This document shows, one piece after another, positions 21,501 to 32,500 of a stretch of DNA of 57,637 nucleotides (positions are counted from its first letter, which is position 1; every line of letters begins with the position of its first letter). The stretch lies in the sequence record SRR22947727_3513; one strand, given 5' to 3'. The notes under the pieces were generated by a model. The model saw nothing but the letters and a program-made list of their open reading frames with translations, did not search any database and had not been told where the DNA came from. The position numbers were made by a program, and so were the translations under genes.

Positions 21501-21871
21501 TCGATGGCATCGACGTCCGCACCGATCAGTTCCACCCCATACCGTTCAAGAACACCGGACGCGTGCAGGGCGATGGCGGTATTCAATGCGGTCTGACCAC
21601 CGAGGGTTGCCAGCAAGGCATCGGGCCGTTCCTTCGCAATGATGCGCTCCACGTATTCGGGCGTGATGGGCTCGATGTAGGTGGCGTCGGCGAACTCAGG
21701 ATCCGTCATGATCGTCGCGGGGTTGGAGTTGACCAGGATCACGCGCAGCCCCTCGTCCCGAAGCACTCTGCAGGCCTGCGTGCCCGAGTAATCGAATTCG
21801 CACGCCTGCCCGATGACGATCGGACCGGAACCGATAACCATCACTGACTCGATGTCGGATCTACGTGGCAT
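18551..21871 (-). CDS. carB: Carbamoyl-phosphate synthase large chain
   Basis: [28 protein letters not shown], duplicated [18 protein letters not shown] domain; ATG 21871. Confidence 0.98.
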   Translation of the reverse strand: MPRRSDIESVMVIGSGPIVIGQACEFDYSGTQACRVLRDEGLRVILVNSNPATIMTDPEFADATYIEPITPEYVERIIAKERPDALLATLGGQTALNTAIALHASGVLERYGVELIGADVDAIERGENREKFRSIVESIGGSSARSIICHTMEQCVEATSDLGYPVVVRPSFTMGGAGSGIAYDEADLERIAGAGLQASPTTEVLLEESIIGWKEFELELMRDRNDNVVVVCSIENVDPMGVHTGDSITVAPCLTLTDREYQHMRDVGIKIIRAVGVDTGGCNIQFAINPSDGRMIVIEMNPRVSRSSALASKATGFPIAKIAARLAIGYTLDEIPNDITQQTPASFEPTLDYVVVKVPRFAFEKFPGADTTLTTTMKSVGEAMAIGRNFGEALNKALRSMERPSAVFSWETSRDAIDVADVLERAKRPHDGRLALVQQGLWAGASIDAVYEATGIDPWFLDHICQINEIADALSSAESLDRELLVMAKREGFSDAQVAQLRGLSEEEIREIRHAWGIRPVFKTVDTCAAEFEATTPYHYSSYDEEDEMQPSDREKVIILGSGPNRIGQGIEFDYSCVHAALALSDAGFETIMINCNPETVSTDYDTSDRLYFEPLTCEDVLEVVNAEQRQGAVVGVIVQLGGQTPLGLAQRLEDAGVPIVGTSPAAIHLAEERGAFGRVLADAGLPAPEHGTARSFDEAAAIAARVGYPVLVRPSYVLGGRGMEIVYDDAMLESYLQRSTEVTREHPVLVDRFLDDAIEIDVDALFDGHDMYLAGVMEHIEEAGIHSGDSACALPPMTLGESDIDRIRTSTRAIAEGVGVRGLLNVQFALAQDTLYVLEANPRASRTVPFVSKATGVPVAKAAARIMAGASIKELREEGLLPAEGDGGALPPGSAISVKEAVLPFGRFHGVDVILGPEMRSTGEVMGIDDSFGVAFAKSQQAAYAGGLPTRGSAFVSLANRDKRASVFPIKRLAGLGFAIFATQGTAEILRRNGVPVDVLRKQHEGRGKDGTPTTVDAIMAGDIDLIVNTPYGVGPRVDGYEIRTAAVTKGIPCVTTVQGLSAAVQGIDALVSGEPNVRSLQEHGAHLAHLREQSRAQSQQQGEI

Positions 21872-23022
21872 CAGCCGCCACCATCCCGTCGTCGCGCGAT
21901 GGCTTCCGCGAAGCGATCGAAGAGATACGCGGCATCGTGAGGACCAGCTGCCGCCTCTGGGTGGTACTGCACACTGAAGGCAGATCCGTCCACGAGCTCG
22001 AGTCCCTCGACGACGTCGTCGTTCAAGCACACGTGGGAGACCCGCGCAGGTCCGTAGGGGCTGTCGAATTCCTCCCCCAGCGGCGCTTGCACAGCGAACC
22101 CGTGGTTGTGAGCGGTGATCTCCACCTTGCCAGTGGTCAGATCCTTCACCGGTTGGTTGATGCCGCGATGGCCGAAGCGCAACTTGTAGGTGCTCAGGCC
22201 CAAGGCACGTCCGAAGATCTGATTTCCGAAACAGATCCCAAAAACCGGACGACCGGCTTCGAGAGCCTTCGACATCAACCCGACAGCGTGGTCGGCGGTC
22301 GCGGGATCCCCCGGGCCATTGGAGAAGAAGATCCCATCGGGTGTCCGCGCCACGATGTCCTCCCAGGAGGAGGTCGAGGGGACGACGTCGACTTTCAGGC
22401 CGCGTTCGGACAGGCGACGCGGAGTCATCGATTTGATGCCCAAGTCCACCGCGACGACCGTCGCCCATGCATCACCGATGGCCGGCACCGAGTACGCCTG
22501 AGCAGTGGTGACGTCGGATGTCAGATCCGCACCGACCATCGACGGGCTCGATCGCACCTCAGACAACAGTTCGTCCACGGGACGTCTTGCCGCGGGCCCG
22601 CTGAAGATGCCCACGCGCATCGCTCCGGCGTCACGCAGATGCCGCGTCAACGCCCGAGTATCGATTCCGGCAATTCCCACGACCCGATACGTCCGCAAAT
22701 CCTCGTCCAAGGTCCGCTGCGCCCGCCAATTCGACACGATTCGCGATGGATCCCGCACGACGTATCCGGACACCCAGATGCGTCCCGATTCCGGATCTTC
22801 ATCATTCATGCCGGTGTTGCCCACGTGTGGAGCGGTCATCACGACCACCTGACGGTGGTAACTCGGATCCGTCAGCGTTTCCTGATAGCCGGTCATGCCG
22901 GTGGAGAACACCGCCTCCCCGAAGGTCGTCCCGACGGCTCCGAACGACCGACCGTGCATGGCACGGCCATCTTCCAAGACGAGAATGGCGGGCTCCGTCG
23001 CGAGATTTCCGGCGTTACTCAC
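21871..23022 (-). CDS. carA: Carbamoyl-phosphate synthase small chain
   Basis: [37 protein letters not shown] 23022 has GGAGG 5 nt upstream. Confidence 0.97.
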   Translation of the reverse strand: MSNAGNLATEPAILVLEDGRAMHGRSFGAVGTTFGEAVFSTGMTGYQETLTDPSYHRQVVVMTAPHVGNTGMNDEDPESGRIWVSGYVVRDPSRIVSNWRAQRTLDEDLRTYRVVGIAGIDTRALTRHLRDAGAMRVGIFSGPAARRPVDELLSEVRSSPSMVGADLTSDVTTAQAYSVPAIGDAWATVVAVDLGIKSMTPRRLSERGLKVDVVPSTSSWEDIVARTPDGIFFSNGPGDPATADHAVGLMSKALEAGRPVFGICFGNQIFGRALGLSTYKLRFGHRGINQPVKDLTTGKVEITAHNHGFAVQAPLGEEFDSPYGPARVSHVCLNDDVVEGLELVDGSAFSVQYHPEAAAGPHDAAYLFDRFAEAIARRRDGGG

Positions 23023-23707
23023 GGCCACCTCCAGGGCCATCTAACGGGGCATCTCCCTGCACACCGTCGAACACTTCGCGCGCACCGGAATCATGAACAC
23101 CCTCCGAGTTCGGATTCTCAGAACTTTCTACCTGCTCGGAGTTATCCGCGTAGTCCGCCATAAGCCCATCCAACAACGCGGCGTGATCGGCGCCGTCATC
23201 TGCCCGGATCCCGGTATCCAAAACGTCGTCGCCCAGCATCCACGTCACCACGATGACGCTGTCCTTCCCGCGAACCGTTCCGGCGACACCACGATCGGTT
23301 CGCACGCCACTCACTGCCGAAGCAGGAATCAGGAAGGATCGTGCACCGTCACGCCGGATGCCGACACCACCGTCGACGAGGTGGAACGAGGCTCGACTCC
23401 TGACCCCCAATTCGTGCACGGCAACGCGATCAAGCCAATCGCCGGAGATCGACGTTCCCAGATACAGGCCGGGAACACCGGACGACCCGGAGGCACCGAA
23501 GGCCGACGGTTCGGCCATGGAGGCATGTCGTGCCACCCTGCCCTGCCAGCCCCGTCGCATTCCCCACAAGGCGAGCGCAATCAGACCGGCCACCAGGGCA
23601 ACTGACGCCAGTCGCGCGGGCCATTCAGACACGGTCGCCTGCTCGGTGAACTCCTCGGCCACCACGACGACGGGTTCGAGCATCGGCATCACAGTTCCCA
23701 GATTCAT
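23015..23707 (-). CDS. Conserved membrane-anchored protein of the actinobacterial pyr operon (PH-like domain, function unknown)
   Basis: Single TM then MRRGW, GLYLGT..GDWLDRV, VVTW..G...DTG; position between pyrC and carA. Confidence 0.75.
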   Translation of the reverse strand: MNLGTVMPMLEPVVVVAEEFTEQATVSEWPARLASVALVAGLIALALWGMRRGWQGRVARHASMAEPSAFGASGSSGVPGLYLGTSISGDWLDRVAVHELGVRSRASFHLVDGGVGIRRDGARSFLIPASAVSGVRTDRGVAGTVRGKDSVIVVTWMLGDDVLDTGIRADDGADHAALLDGLMADYADNSEQVESSENPNSEGVHDSGAREVFDGVQGDAPLDGPGGGRE

Positions 23708-25014
23708 GCCAGCGCTCCATCAACGACTGTCGGACGTCCACGGAAAAGCACATGCCGAACGGCTCCCGGCATCCGCCGGCCCAGGTAGGGGCTGTTGCCG
23801 CTTTTGCCCGCCAGCGAGTCGATCTCGAGCGTGCCCTGCGCCGACGGATCCCAGACGGTGATGTTTGCCGCGGATCCTGGTGCAATCGGCATTCCTTGAT
23901 CCGGCACCTGTCCGATACGCGCTGGGATAGTCGACATGCGGTCTGCAAGGTCCCGCCAACTCAACAGACCGGACTCGATGAACACCTCGACGGCAACCCC
24001 GAGGGCCGTCTCCAGCCCCACCATGCCCATCGCCGCCGCCGCCCACTCGCAGTCCTTATCTTCACGAGGATGCGGCGCGTGATCTGTGGCGATGATGTCG
24101 ATCGTGCCCTCGACGACGGCTTCGCGTAACGCGGAGACGTCCTCAGCCCGCCGGAGTGGAGGGTTGACCTTGTAGATCGGGTCGAAGCTCTCAACGAGCT
24201 CCTCGGTCAAGAGGAGATGGTGGGGGGTGACCTCCGCCGTCACTGGAATGCCGCGGGCCTTCGCCCATCGGATGACCTCAACCGAACCGGCTGTCGATAC
24301 GTGGCAGACGTGCAGTCGTGATCCCACGTGCTCGGCCAGCAGGACGTCACGAGCGATGATCGCTTCCTCCGCGACAGCTGGCCACCCTGCGAGACCAAGG
24401 CGAGCTGACAGCGCACCCTCGTTCATTTGCGCCCCCTCGGTGAGCCGCGGGTCTTGCGCGTGTTGAGCGACCACGCCATCAAACGTCTTCACGTATTCCA
24501 ATGCCCGACGCATCAGGAGCGGGTCGTCAACACACAAGCCGTCATCGCTAAACACCCGAACAGAGGCTGCGCTCGACGCCATAGCGCCGAGTTCGGCCAA
24601 CTGCTCACCCTTCAACCCGACGGTGACAGCACCCACTGGGCGAACATCCACGATGCCGGCTTCCACGCCCCGACGCCATATCTGCTCGACGACACCGGCG
24701 GTATCGGCAACCGGCGAGGTGTTCGCCATCGCGTGCACACAGGTGAAGCCGCCCATCGCTGCCGCCTGAGACCCCGTCGCGATCGTTTCTGCGTCCTCGC
24801 GCCCCGGCTCTCGAAGGTGCGTGTGCAGATCCACGAGGCCGGGGATGACCGTGCAGCCGGACGCATCCAGTTCGACCTCGACGCCCTCACCATCGGGAAC
24901 ATTTCCGCTCGCCTGATTCGACGGCGTCATCGCCGTAATGACACCGTCATCGATGACGATGTTGTTCGGATCGAGACCGTAGGGAGCCCCGCCGCGAAGG
25001 ACGATCGCACCCAT
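23704..25014 (-). CDS. pyrC: Dihydroorotase
   Basis: DLHTHLREPG, MANT, FSDDG, HVCHVS, KVNPPLR, ATDHAPH; ATG 25014. Confidence 0.96.
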   Translation of the reverse strand: MGAIVLRGGAPYGLDPNNIVIDDGVITAMTPSNQASGNVPDGEGVEVELDASGCTVIPGLVDLHTHLREPGREDAETIATGSQAAAMGGFTCVHAMANTSPVADTAGVVEQIWRRGVEAGIVDVRPVGAVTVGLKGEQLAELGAMASSAASVRVFSDDGLCVDDPLLMRRALEYVKTFDGVVAQHAQDPRLTEGAQMNEGALSARLGLAGWPAVAEEAIIARDVLLAEHVGSRLHVCHVSTAGSVEVIRWAKARGIPVTAEVTPHHLLLTEELVESFDPIYKVNPPLRRAEDVSALREAVVEGTIDIIATDHAPHPREDKDCEWAAAAMGMVGLETALGVAVEVFIESGLLSWRDLADRMSTIPARIGQVPDQGMPIAPGSAANITVWDPSAQGTLEIDSLAGKSGNSPYLGRRMPGAVRHVLFRGRPTVVDGALA

Positions 25015-25967
25015 CAGTCCCCACCTGCTTCTGAGCTGGCGCCCCCGAGAAGCAGATACAGGCACGCCATGCGGACGTTGACGCCGTTGGCCACCTGCTC
25101 CACGATGACGGCTCGAGAGGAATCGGCGACATCCGCGGAGATTTCCAACCCGCGGTTCATCGGGCCGGGGTGCATGACGATCGCTCGGTCTTTCAACAAC
25201 TCGAGCCGCGGAGCATCAAGGCCGTACAGCCTCGAATACTCCAGGGTGGAGGGGAAATAGGACCCCTCCATCCGCTCTGCTTGCACCCGGAGCATCATCA
25301 CCGCATCTGCTTGCATCAGTGCGTCGTCGAGGTGGTAGCTCACCGAGCAGGGCCACGATTCCACGCCTACCGGGATCAACGTCGGGGGCGCCACCAAGGT
25401 CACCTCGGCGCCAAGAGTGTGCAGGAGCAACACGTTCGAACGGGCCACCCGACTGTGCAGAACATCGCCCACGATGACCACGTGGACTCCCTGCAGATCC
25501 CCCTGTCCCCCACAGATGTGGGAGCGCAACGTGTAGGCGTCTAGGAGAGCCTGAGTGGGATGTTCGTGGGTGCCGTCGCCTGCATTGATGACCGAACAGT
25601 CGATCCACCCTGCGGTGGCCAGACGATAGGGCGCTCCCGAGGCGCCGTGCCTGACGATGACCGCATCAGCGCCCATGGCCTCGAGGGTTAACGCCGTGTC
25701 CTTGAGCGACTCTCCTTTGGAAACAGACGAACCCTTGGCCGAGAAGGTGATCACATCGGCGGACAAACGCTTGGCCGCCAATTCGAAGGACAGTCGAGTG
25801 CGCGTCGAATCCTCGAAGAAGAGGTTCACGACCGTACGACCCCGAAGGGTTGGCAACTTCTTCACCGAACGCTCCGTCACGGATGCGAGTTCGGCTGTCG
25901 TGTCCAAAATCATTAGCGCCTGGGCTCTATCGAGGTCTCCGGCGGAGAGCAGGTGCTTACCCAACAT
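25014..25967 (-). CDS. pyrB: Aspartate carbamoyltransferase catalytic subunit
   Basis: [27 protein letters not shown]. Confidence 0.97.
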   Translation of the reverse strand: MLGKHLLSAGDLDRAQALMILDTTAELASVTERSVKKLPTLRGRTVVNLFFEDSTRTRLSFELAAKRLSADVITFSAKGSSVSKGESLKDTALTLEAMGADAVIVRHGASGAPYRLATAGWIDCSVINAGDGTHEHPTQALLDAYTLRSHICGGQGDLQGVHVVIVGDVLHSRVARSNVLLLHTLGAEVTLVAPPTLIPVGVESWPCSVSYHLDDALMQADAVMMLRVQAERMEGSYFPSTLEYSRLYGLDAPRLELLKDRAIVMHPGPMNRGLEISADVADSSRAVIVEQVANGVNVRMACLYLLLGGASSEAGGD

Positions 25968-26517
25968 CTACATCACCGACCGACTCACTATCGATCATCA
26001 CGTCGTCGACCCCGTCGATCTCGACGAAACGCACGCGCACCGTCTCGTCCTTGGCTGTGGGCAGATTCTTTCCGATGAAGTCCGGTCGGATCGGCAGTTC
26101 GCGATGGCCCCGATCGATCATCACCGCCAGTCGCACGATGGCTGGTCGGCCTAAATCATGGACGGCGTCGAGGGCAGCGCGAATAGTTCGCCCCGAATAC
26201 AAGACATCATCGACGAGGACCACGGTGCACCCATCGATTCCCTGAGCCGGGATATCGGTCGGCTCGAGCGCTCGAACTTCCCGTAGTCGCAGGTCGTCGC
26301 GATACAACGTGACGTCGATTGAACCGCAGGGAACCGGGTGACCCTCGATCTGTGCCACGGTCTCAGCAATGCGACGCGCGAGAGGTACGCCTCGGGTAGG
26401 GATTCCAAGAATGATGAGGTCGTCGCTCCCCCGAGAGTTTTCGACGATTTCATGAGCGAGGCGCCGAACCGCACGACTGATATCGGCCTGGTCGAGGACC
26501 ACGCGTACAGACGACAA
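25957..26517 (-). CDS. pyrR: Pyrimidine operon regulator / UPRTase PyrR
   Basis: [43 protein letters not shown] 26517 chosen from SD spacing (GTG 26526 alternative). Confidence 0.96.
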   Translation of the reverse strand: MSSVRVVLDQADISRAVRRLAHEIVENSRGSDDLIILGIPTRGVPLARRIAETVAQIEGHPVPCGSIDVTLYRDDLRLREVRALEPTDIPAQGIDGCTVVLVDDVLYSGRTIRAALDAVHDLGRPAIVRLAVMIDRGHRELPIRPDFIGKNLPTAKDETVRVRFVEIDGVDDVMIDSESVGDVDVG

Positions 26518-26525
26518 GAAAACCA

Positions 26526-26557
26526 CCTTCCCCGCCTCACGGGACGGGCTTAAAGGA
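26526..26557 (-). promoter_or_regulatory. PyrR-binding RNA element
   Basis: Minus strand TCCTTTAAGCCCGTCCCGTGAGGCGGGGAAGG resembles the PyrR binding loop (CCUUUAA...GUCC.GUGAGG...GAAGG); TAGGTT -10 at 26566-26571. Confidence 0.85.
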
Positions 26558-26594
26558 ACAACTCAAACCTATCTCAGAACGTTGGCAGCGCGCG

Positions 26595-28028
26595 CTATAC
26601 CCCTCCGCCCGGGCCGGCACTTCCGATCTTGTGAACCCGCATGCCGTTCGTGGTCCCGGGGACACCCGGCGGCACGCCCGCCACGATCACCACTCGCTCG
26701 CCGTCACTGGCACGGCCGATATCCAGCAGCGCCTTGTCGACCTGTACAACCATGTCGTCGGTGTGCCGCACCTGGGGAACGAGGAAGGTCTCCACTCCCC
26801 ACACCAGAGCGAGTTGACTTCGCACCCGCGGATTGGGCGTGAACGCCAGCAGGCGAATGCCGCAGCGCCAACGGGCGATCAGGCGGGCCGACCGTCCCGT
26901 CTCGGTGAATGCGATGAGGTGGGTCGCCTGAACGAACAGGGCTGCGGACACGGCTGCATGGGTGAGCGCGCGGGCCGTGGATCCGGTGCGACTTTCCTCC
27001 AGGGGGGGAAGACGATCCAGGGCCTCGCCTTCAATGTGCTCGATGATGCGCGACATGGTTTCCACGACCAGCGGTGGGTTGTGCCCCACACTCGTTTCTC
27101 CCGACAGCATCAAGGCATCGGTGCCATCGAGTACCGCGTTGGCGACGTCGCTCGCCTCGGCACGCGTGGGACGGCTAGCGGTGATCATCGAGTCCAACAT
27201 CTGCGTCGCGACGATCACCGGCTTTCCCGCCTGCCGGCACAGTTGGATCGCCCGCTTCTGAACGAGCGGCACCTGCTCTATCGGCAGTTCGACGCCGAGG
27301 TCTCCCCGAGCGACCATGATTCCGTCGAACGCCTCGACAATCTCTTCGAGATTCTCCACCGCTTGGGGCTTTTCGATCTTCGCAAGTACCGGCACCCGAA
27401 TGCCTTCGTTGTCCATGATGTCGTGAAGGGCGTTGACATCGTCAGCGCTGCGGACAAATGACAGGGCGACGAGATCCGCTCCCGTGCGAAGCCCCCAGCG
27501 AAGATCCTCCACGTCCTTGTCCGACATAGCCGGCACGCTCACGGGAACTCCCGGGAGGTTGAAGCCCTTGTGATCGGACACCAGACCACCCTCGACGACC
27601 GTGGTGTGGACACGTGGCCCCTCGACCTTGGTCACCCGCAGTTCGATGCGACCATCATCGACAAGAACGAGATCTCCCGGATTGACATCGTCCGGTAAAC
27701 CAACATGCGTGGTCGACACGATGGTGGCGTCGCCGGCCACATCCTCGGTGGTCACGATGAAGTCCGCGCCTGGCTCCAGGTGCACAGGCCCCGCGGTGAA
27801 TGATCCGAGCCGAATCTTCGGCCCTTGCAAGTCGATCAGAATCCCGACGCCCCTCCCGCTGGAATCGGAGGCTTCGCGAACAGCGAGGTAGGCCTTTCGG
27901 TGGTCCTCGTGATTTCCGTGCGAGAGGTTCAAACGGGCCACATCCATGCCAGCATCCACCAGTGTCCGAATCTGCTCGGACGAGGAGGTCGCAGGGCCCA
28001 GCGTGACGACGATTTTGGCTCTGCGCAT
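26595..28028 (-). CDS. pyk: Pyruvate kinase
   Basis: KIVVTLGPA, RLNLSHG, DLQGPKIR, AKIEK, MVARGDLG, ATQMLDSM, MLSGET. Confidence 0.98.
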   Translation of the reverse strand: MRRAKIVVTLGPATSSSEQIRTLVDAGMDVARLNLSHGNHEDHRKAYLAVREASDSSGRGVGILIDLQGPKIRLGSFTAGPVHLEPGADFIVTTEDVAGDATIVSTTHVGLPDDVNPGDLVLVDDGRIELRVTKVEGPRVHTTVVEGGLVSDHKGFNLPGVPVSVPAMSDKDVEDLRWGLRTGADLVALSFVRSADDVNALHDIMDNEGIRVPVLAKIEKPQAVENLEEIVEAFDGIMVARGDLGVELPIEQVPLVQKRAIQLCRQAGKPVIVATQMLDSMITASRPTRAEASDVANAVLDGTDALMLSGETSVGHNPPLVVETMSRIIEHIEGEALDRLPPLEESRTGSTARALTHAAVSAALFVQATHLIAFTETGRSARLIARWRCGIRLLAFTPNPRVRSQLALVWGVETFLVPQVRHTDDMVVQVDKALLDIGRASDGERVVIVAGVPPGVPGTTNGMRVHKIGSAGPGGGV

Positions 28029-28035
28029 GGGGCAA

Positions 28036-28057
28036 AGCCTAGCCGTAACCGGTTACA
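28036..28057 (-). promoter_or_regulatory. pyk -10 (TAGGCT 28036-28041) with adjacent palindrome GTAACCGGTTAC (28045-28056)
   Basis: Hexamer 7 nt from ATG 28028; perfect 12-bp palindrome in the promoter spacer. Confidence 0.55.
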
Positions 28058-29507
28058 CGGTGAGGGGCCGCGCCGACGCTCGAATGGGAGACGGAAGGTT
28101 CGTGTCACCCGTCAAGTACCGATCGACGCTCGCAGCGGCCGCGCGACCTTCCGCGATAGCCCACACGATCAAGGATTGGCCCCGGCCCGCATCCCCCGCG
28201 ACGAAGACTCCATCAATTGAAGTCGCGTACTCATCCGTCCGCTCGATGGAGCCGCGCTCGCTGAGCGAGAAGCCAAACTGCTCGAGCAACGGACCTTGCT
28301 CTGGCCCCGTGAATCCCATCGCCAAGAAGACCGCGTCTGCGGGTATGGACCGCTCGGAGTCAGGCACCTGCTGGAAACGACCGTCGACGAACTCCACCTC
28401 GGACAATTCCAAGCTGCGAACGTGACCGTCGTCGTCCCCCACGAAGCGCTGCGTCGATACAGCGAACATGCGCTCACCGCCCTCTTCGTGCGCGCTGCTG
28501 ACCCGATACGTCATGGGATAGGTCGGCCAGGGCTGCGCCTGCGGTCGCTCCTCGGGTGGGCGGGGCATGATCTCCAACTGCGTCACGCTTGCTGCCCCCT
28601 GGCGATGCGCCGTACCTAGACAGTCGGCCCCGGTATCGCCTCCCCCGATGATCACCACGTGCTGGCCTTCGACGTCGATGGGTGACTCCTCGAGATCACC
28701 TTCTTGCACTCGGTTTGACGGTGGCAGGTACTCCATGGCTTGGTAGATCCCCGCCAACTCCCGACCTTCGATGGGTAGGTCGCGCCACGCTGTCGCGCCG
28801 GTCGCGATGACGATTGCGTCATAGCGTCGCCGCAGGTCGGCGACCGTGATGTCGACTCCCACCTCCACGTTCGGCCGAAACTTGACTCCCTCGGCTTCCA
28901 TCTGCGCGAGTCGTTGGTCCACGTGGTGCTTTTCCATTTTGAACTCGGGGATTCCGTAACGGAGCAGACCCCCGATCCTGTCCGAGCGCTCGTACACCGC
29001 GACCGTGTGGCCCGCACGCGCCAACTGCTGCGCAACCGCGAGGCCGGCGGGTCCGGACCCGATCACCGCAACCGTGTGGCCGGTCAGCGACTCCGGCAGC
29101 TGCGGTGTGATCCACCCGGCCTCCCAGGCTCGGTCGACAATGGCCACTTCGACCTGCTTGATGGTGACGGGATCGGCGTTGATGCCCAGTACGCAGGCCG
29201 CCTCGCACGGCGCCGGACACAGTCGCCCGGTGAATTCCGGGAAGTTGTTGGTGGCATGCAGCCTTTCGATGGCTTGGCCCCAGTCGCGGTCGTAGATGAG
29301 GTCGTTCCATTCCGGGATCAGGTTGCCCAGCGGACATGCCTGGTGGCAGAAGGGAATACCGCAATCCATGCAGCGCCCCGCCTGCTTTTCCAGACTCCGG
29401 GCATCGAAGTCTTGGTAGACCTCCTGCCAATCTTGAATGCGAACCTCGACCGGGCGCCGTTCGGGAAGCTGGCGGTCGGTGGTCAGGAAACCTCGTGGGT
29501 CAGCCAT
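28053..29507 (-). CDS. gltD: Glutamate synthase small subunit
   Basis: [43 protein letters not shown]. Confidence 0.97.
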   Translation of the reverse strand: MADPRGFLTTDRQLPERRPVEVRIQDWQEVYQDFDARSLEKQAGRCMDCGIPFCHQACPLGNLIPEWNDLIYDRDWGQAIERLHATNNFPEFTGRLCPAPCEAACVLGINADPVTIKQVEVAIVDRAWEAGWITPQLPESLTGHTVAVIGSGPAGLAVAQQLARAGHTVAVYERSDRIGGLLRYGIPEFKMEKHHVDQRLAQMEAEGVKFRPNVEVGVDITVADLRRRYDAIVIATGATAWRDLPIEGRELAGIYQAMEYLPPSNRVQEGDLEESPIDVEGQHVVIIGGGDTGADCLGTAHRQGAASVTQLEIMPRPPEERPQAQPWPTYPMTYRVSSAHEEGGERMFAVSTQRFVGDDDGHVRSLELSEVEFVDGRFQQVPDSERSIPADAVFLAMGFTGPEQGPLLEQFGFSLSERGSIERTDEYATSIDGVFVAGDAGRGQSLIVWAIAEGRAAAASVDRYLTGDTNLPSPIRASARPLTV

Positions 29508-32500
29508 TGCCGCCTCCCATCACTGCCAGCACAGGGTCTTCTCCCCTGGCTATCGCCTCCTCGCGCAAACGCAACACCCGTTTGAAGTCTTGCGGCATGA
29601 CCTTGGTGAAGCGTTGACGGCTATGGGCCCAGTCCTCGAGCAATCGCGCACCCACGGCCGACCCCGTCTCCTCGACGTGCCGCTGGATCAACGAGCGCAG
29701 CTCGTCTTCGTCCTGGGCGCTCAGCGGATCGAGATCCACCATTTCCGGATTTACTCGGCTCACGTTCAAGTCGAGTATGTAGCCGATACCGCCGGACATC
29801 CCGGCCCCGACGTTGCGGCCCACCGGGCCGAGGATGACCGCGATACCGCCGGTCATGTACTCCAGAGCGTGATCACCGACCCCCTCGACGACAGCGTGAA
29901 CGCCCGAGTTCCGCACACAGAACCGTTCGCCCACCTGTCCGCGGATGAAGATCTCACCACTGGTCGCTCCATATGCGATCACGTTGCCAGCGATGATGTT
30001 GTCCTCGGCGACGAAGGGGGCGCCCCTGTCGGGCCGCATAATGAGTCGGCCTCCCGAAAGCCCCTTACCGAGATAGTCGTTCGCGTCTCCCTCGAGCCGA
30101 AGGGTCACGCCCGCGGGAACGAAGGCGCCGAATGACTGACCGGCAGATCCCTGGAAGGTGATGTCGATCGTTCCCTCCGGCAGGCCATCGCCACCCTGCA
30201 GCCGCGTCACTTCCGAACCGAGCATGGTTCCCACCGTTCGGTTCACGTTTCGAATGGCGACGTTGGCCCGGACAGGTTCACGCGAGTCGAGAGCCGGTCG
30301 GCAGATCTCGATCAGTTCTTGATCCAGGGCCTTGTCCAGGCCGTGGTCCTGCTCGACGATCTGCCGACGCGCCTGACTATCCGGCACATCGGGCACGTGG
30401 AGGATCGGAGCAAGGTCGAGCCCCTCCGCCTTCCAGTGATCGATAGCCCGCCGCATGTCGAGAACTTCTGCGTGTCCAATCGCTTCATCAAGGCTTCGAA
30501 AACCGAGTTCCGCGAGGTACTCACGTACTTCCTGGGCGATGAATTCGAAGAAGTTGACGACGAATTCCGGTGATCCCTGGAACCTCTCCCGCAAGACGGG
30601 GTTCTGCGTTGCGATGCCAACCGGGCAGGTGTCCAGGTGACACACGCGCATCATCACGCACCCCATGACCACCAACGGAGCCGTCGCGAACCCGTACTCC
30701 TCGGCGCCGAGAAGCGCAGCGATCACGACATCGCGTCCGGTCTTGAGCTGTCCGTCGGCCTGGACGACAACACGATCGCGAAGGCCGTTGAGCAGCAGGG
30801 TCTGCTGTGTTTCCGCCAAGCCCAACTCCCAGGGAGCGCCCGCGTGCTTGAGCGATGTCAGCGGTGATGCACCCGTTCCTCCGTCATGGCCGGAAATGAG
30901 AACAACGTCGGCATGGGCTTTCGAGACACCTGCGGCAATGGTTCCGACACCGACCTCCGCCACTAACTTCACGTGCACGCGGGCCCGAGGGTTCGCGTTC
31001 TTCAGATCGTGAATCAGCTGCGCGAGGTCTTCGATGGAGTAGATGTCATGGTGCGGTGGCGGAGAGATCAGCCCGACGCCGGGAGTGGAGTGTCGGGTCT
31101 TGGCTATCCACGGGTAGACCTTGTAACCGGGCAGCTGTCCGCCTTCACCCGGCTTTGCTCCTTGCGCCATCTTGATCTGGATGTCGTCGCTGTTGACGAG
31201 GTACTCACTGGTAACACCGAAACGCCCCGACGCGACCTGCTTGATCGCTGAACGCTTCGAGTCGCCGTTGTCCATCGGCACGAAACGCTCGGGGTCTTCT
31301 CCACCTTCCCCCGTGTTCGACTTCCCACCGAGGCGGTTCATTGCAATCGCCAGCGTCTCGTGCGCCTCTGCGGAGATGGACCCATAGGACATGGCTCCAG
31401 TGCTGAATCGCGACACGATCGATTCGACCGATTCGACTTCCTCGACGGGAACCGGTTCCCGGGCACCGTCGCGGAAGGCGAACAATCCACGCAGCGTCAT
31501 TAAGCGTTCGGCTTGTTCGTTGACGCCCTGCGTGTATTCCCGGAATATGTCAAAACGCTTCGCCTGCGTGGCATGCTGGAGGCGGAAGACGGTTTCCGGA
31601 TCGAACAGGTGTGGTTCCCCATCACGCCGCCACTGGTACTCCCCACCGTCGGTCAGGACCCGATGAGCGGGAGAAATTCCCGACGGCGGATACGCCGTCG
31701 CGTGCCGGCGCGCGACCTCCTCCGCGATGACGTCGAGACCGACTCCACCAAGCTTGGTCACCGTTCCGGTGAAGTAGTCGTCGACGAGTTCTTGAGAAAG
31801 GCCGATGGCTTCAAAGATCTGCGCTCCCCGGTAGGACGCGACAGTGGAGACGCCCATCTTGGACATGACCTTCAGCAGTCCCTTGCCCATGGCCTTGATG
31901 TAGTTGCGCACCGCCTTCTCCACGCCGATGCCGTCGATCACGTGCCGGTGGACCAGGTCTTCGACGGTTTCTAAAGCCAGGTAGGGGTTGATCGCGGCCG
32001 CGCCGTAACCCACGAGAAGTGCCACATGGTGAACTTCCCGCACGTCACCCGCCTCGACCAGCAGGCTGATCTGGCTGCGCGTCTTGGTTCGCACAAGGTG
32101 ATGGTGGACTGCGGCGCACAGCAACAGCGAAGGAATCGGTGCCTGCTGGGCGTTGCTTTCCCGGTCGGACAGGACAATGAAGCGCTTGCCCTGGCGGATC
32201 AGTGCATCAACCTCGTTGAAGATCTCCGCGAGTCGCTTCTCGAGTGCGACTCCCCCACCGGCCACCGGATACAGCCCCGTCACGCGCGCCGCAGCGAACT
32301 CCGAAAGTGTGCCGTCCGCATTGATGTGCAGAATCTTCGCGAGTTCGTCGTTGTCGATAACCGGGAACGGCAGGAGCACCTGGCGGCAATGGCCGGGTTG
32401 AGATTCCAGCAGGTTGCCTTCGGGCCCGATGAGGCTCGCCAGACTGGTGACGATTTCTTCACGAATGGCGTCCAACGGGGGGTTGGTCACCTGCGCGAAG

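Noticed and set aside
18551..22468. N-terminal extensions in the ORF track (carB, coaBC, trpA, hisH, hisG, ribE, dsbA, fmt)
   Set aside because: They overlap upstream genes out of frame; homology begins at downstream starts with stop/start overlaps or SD sites
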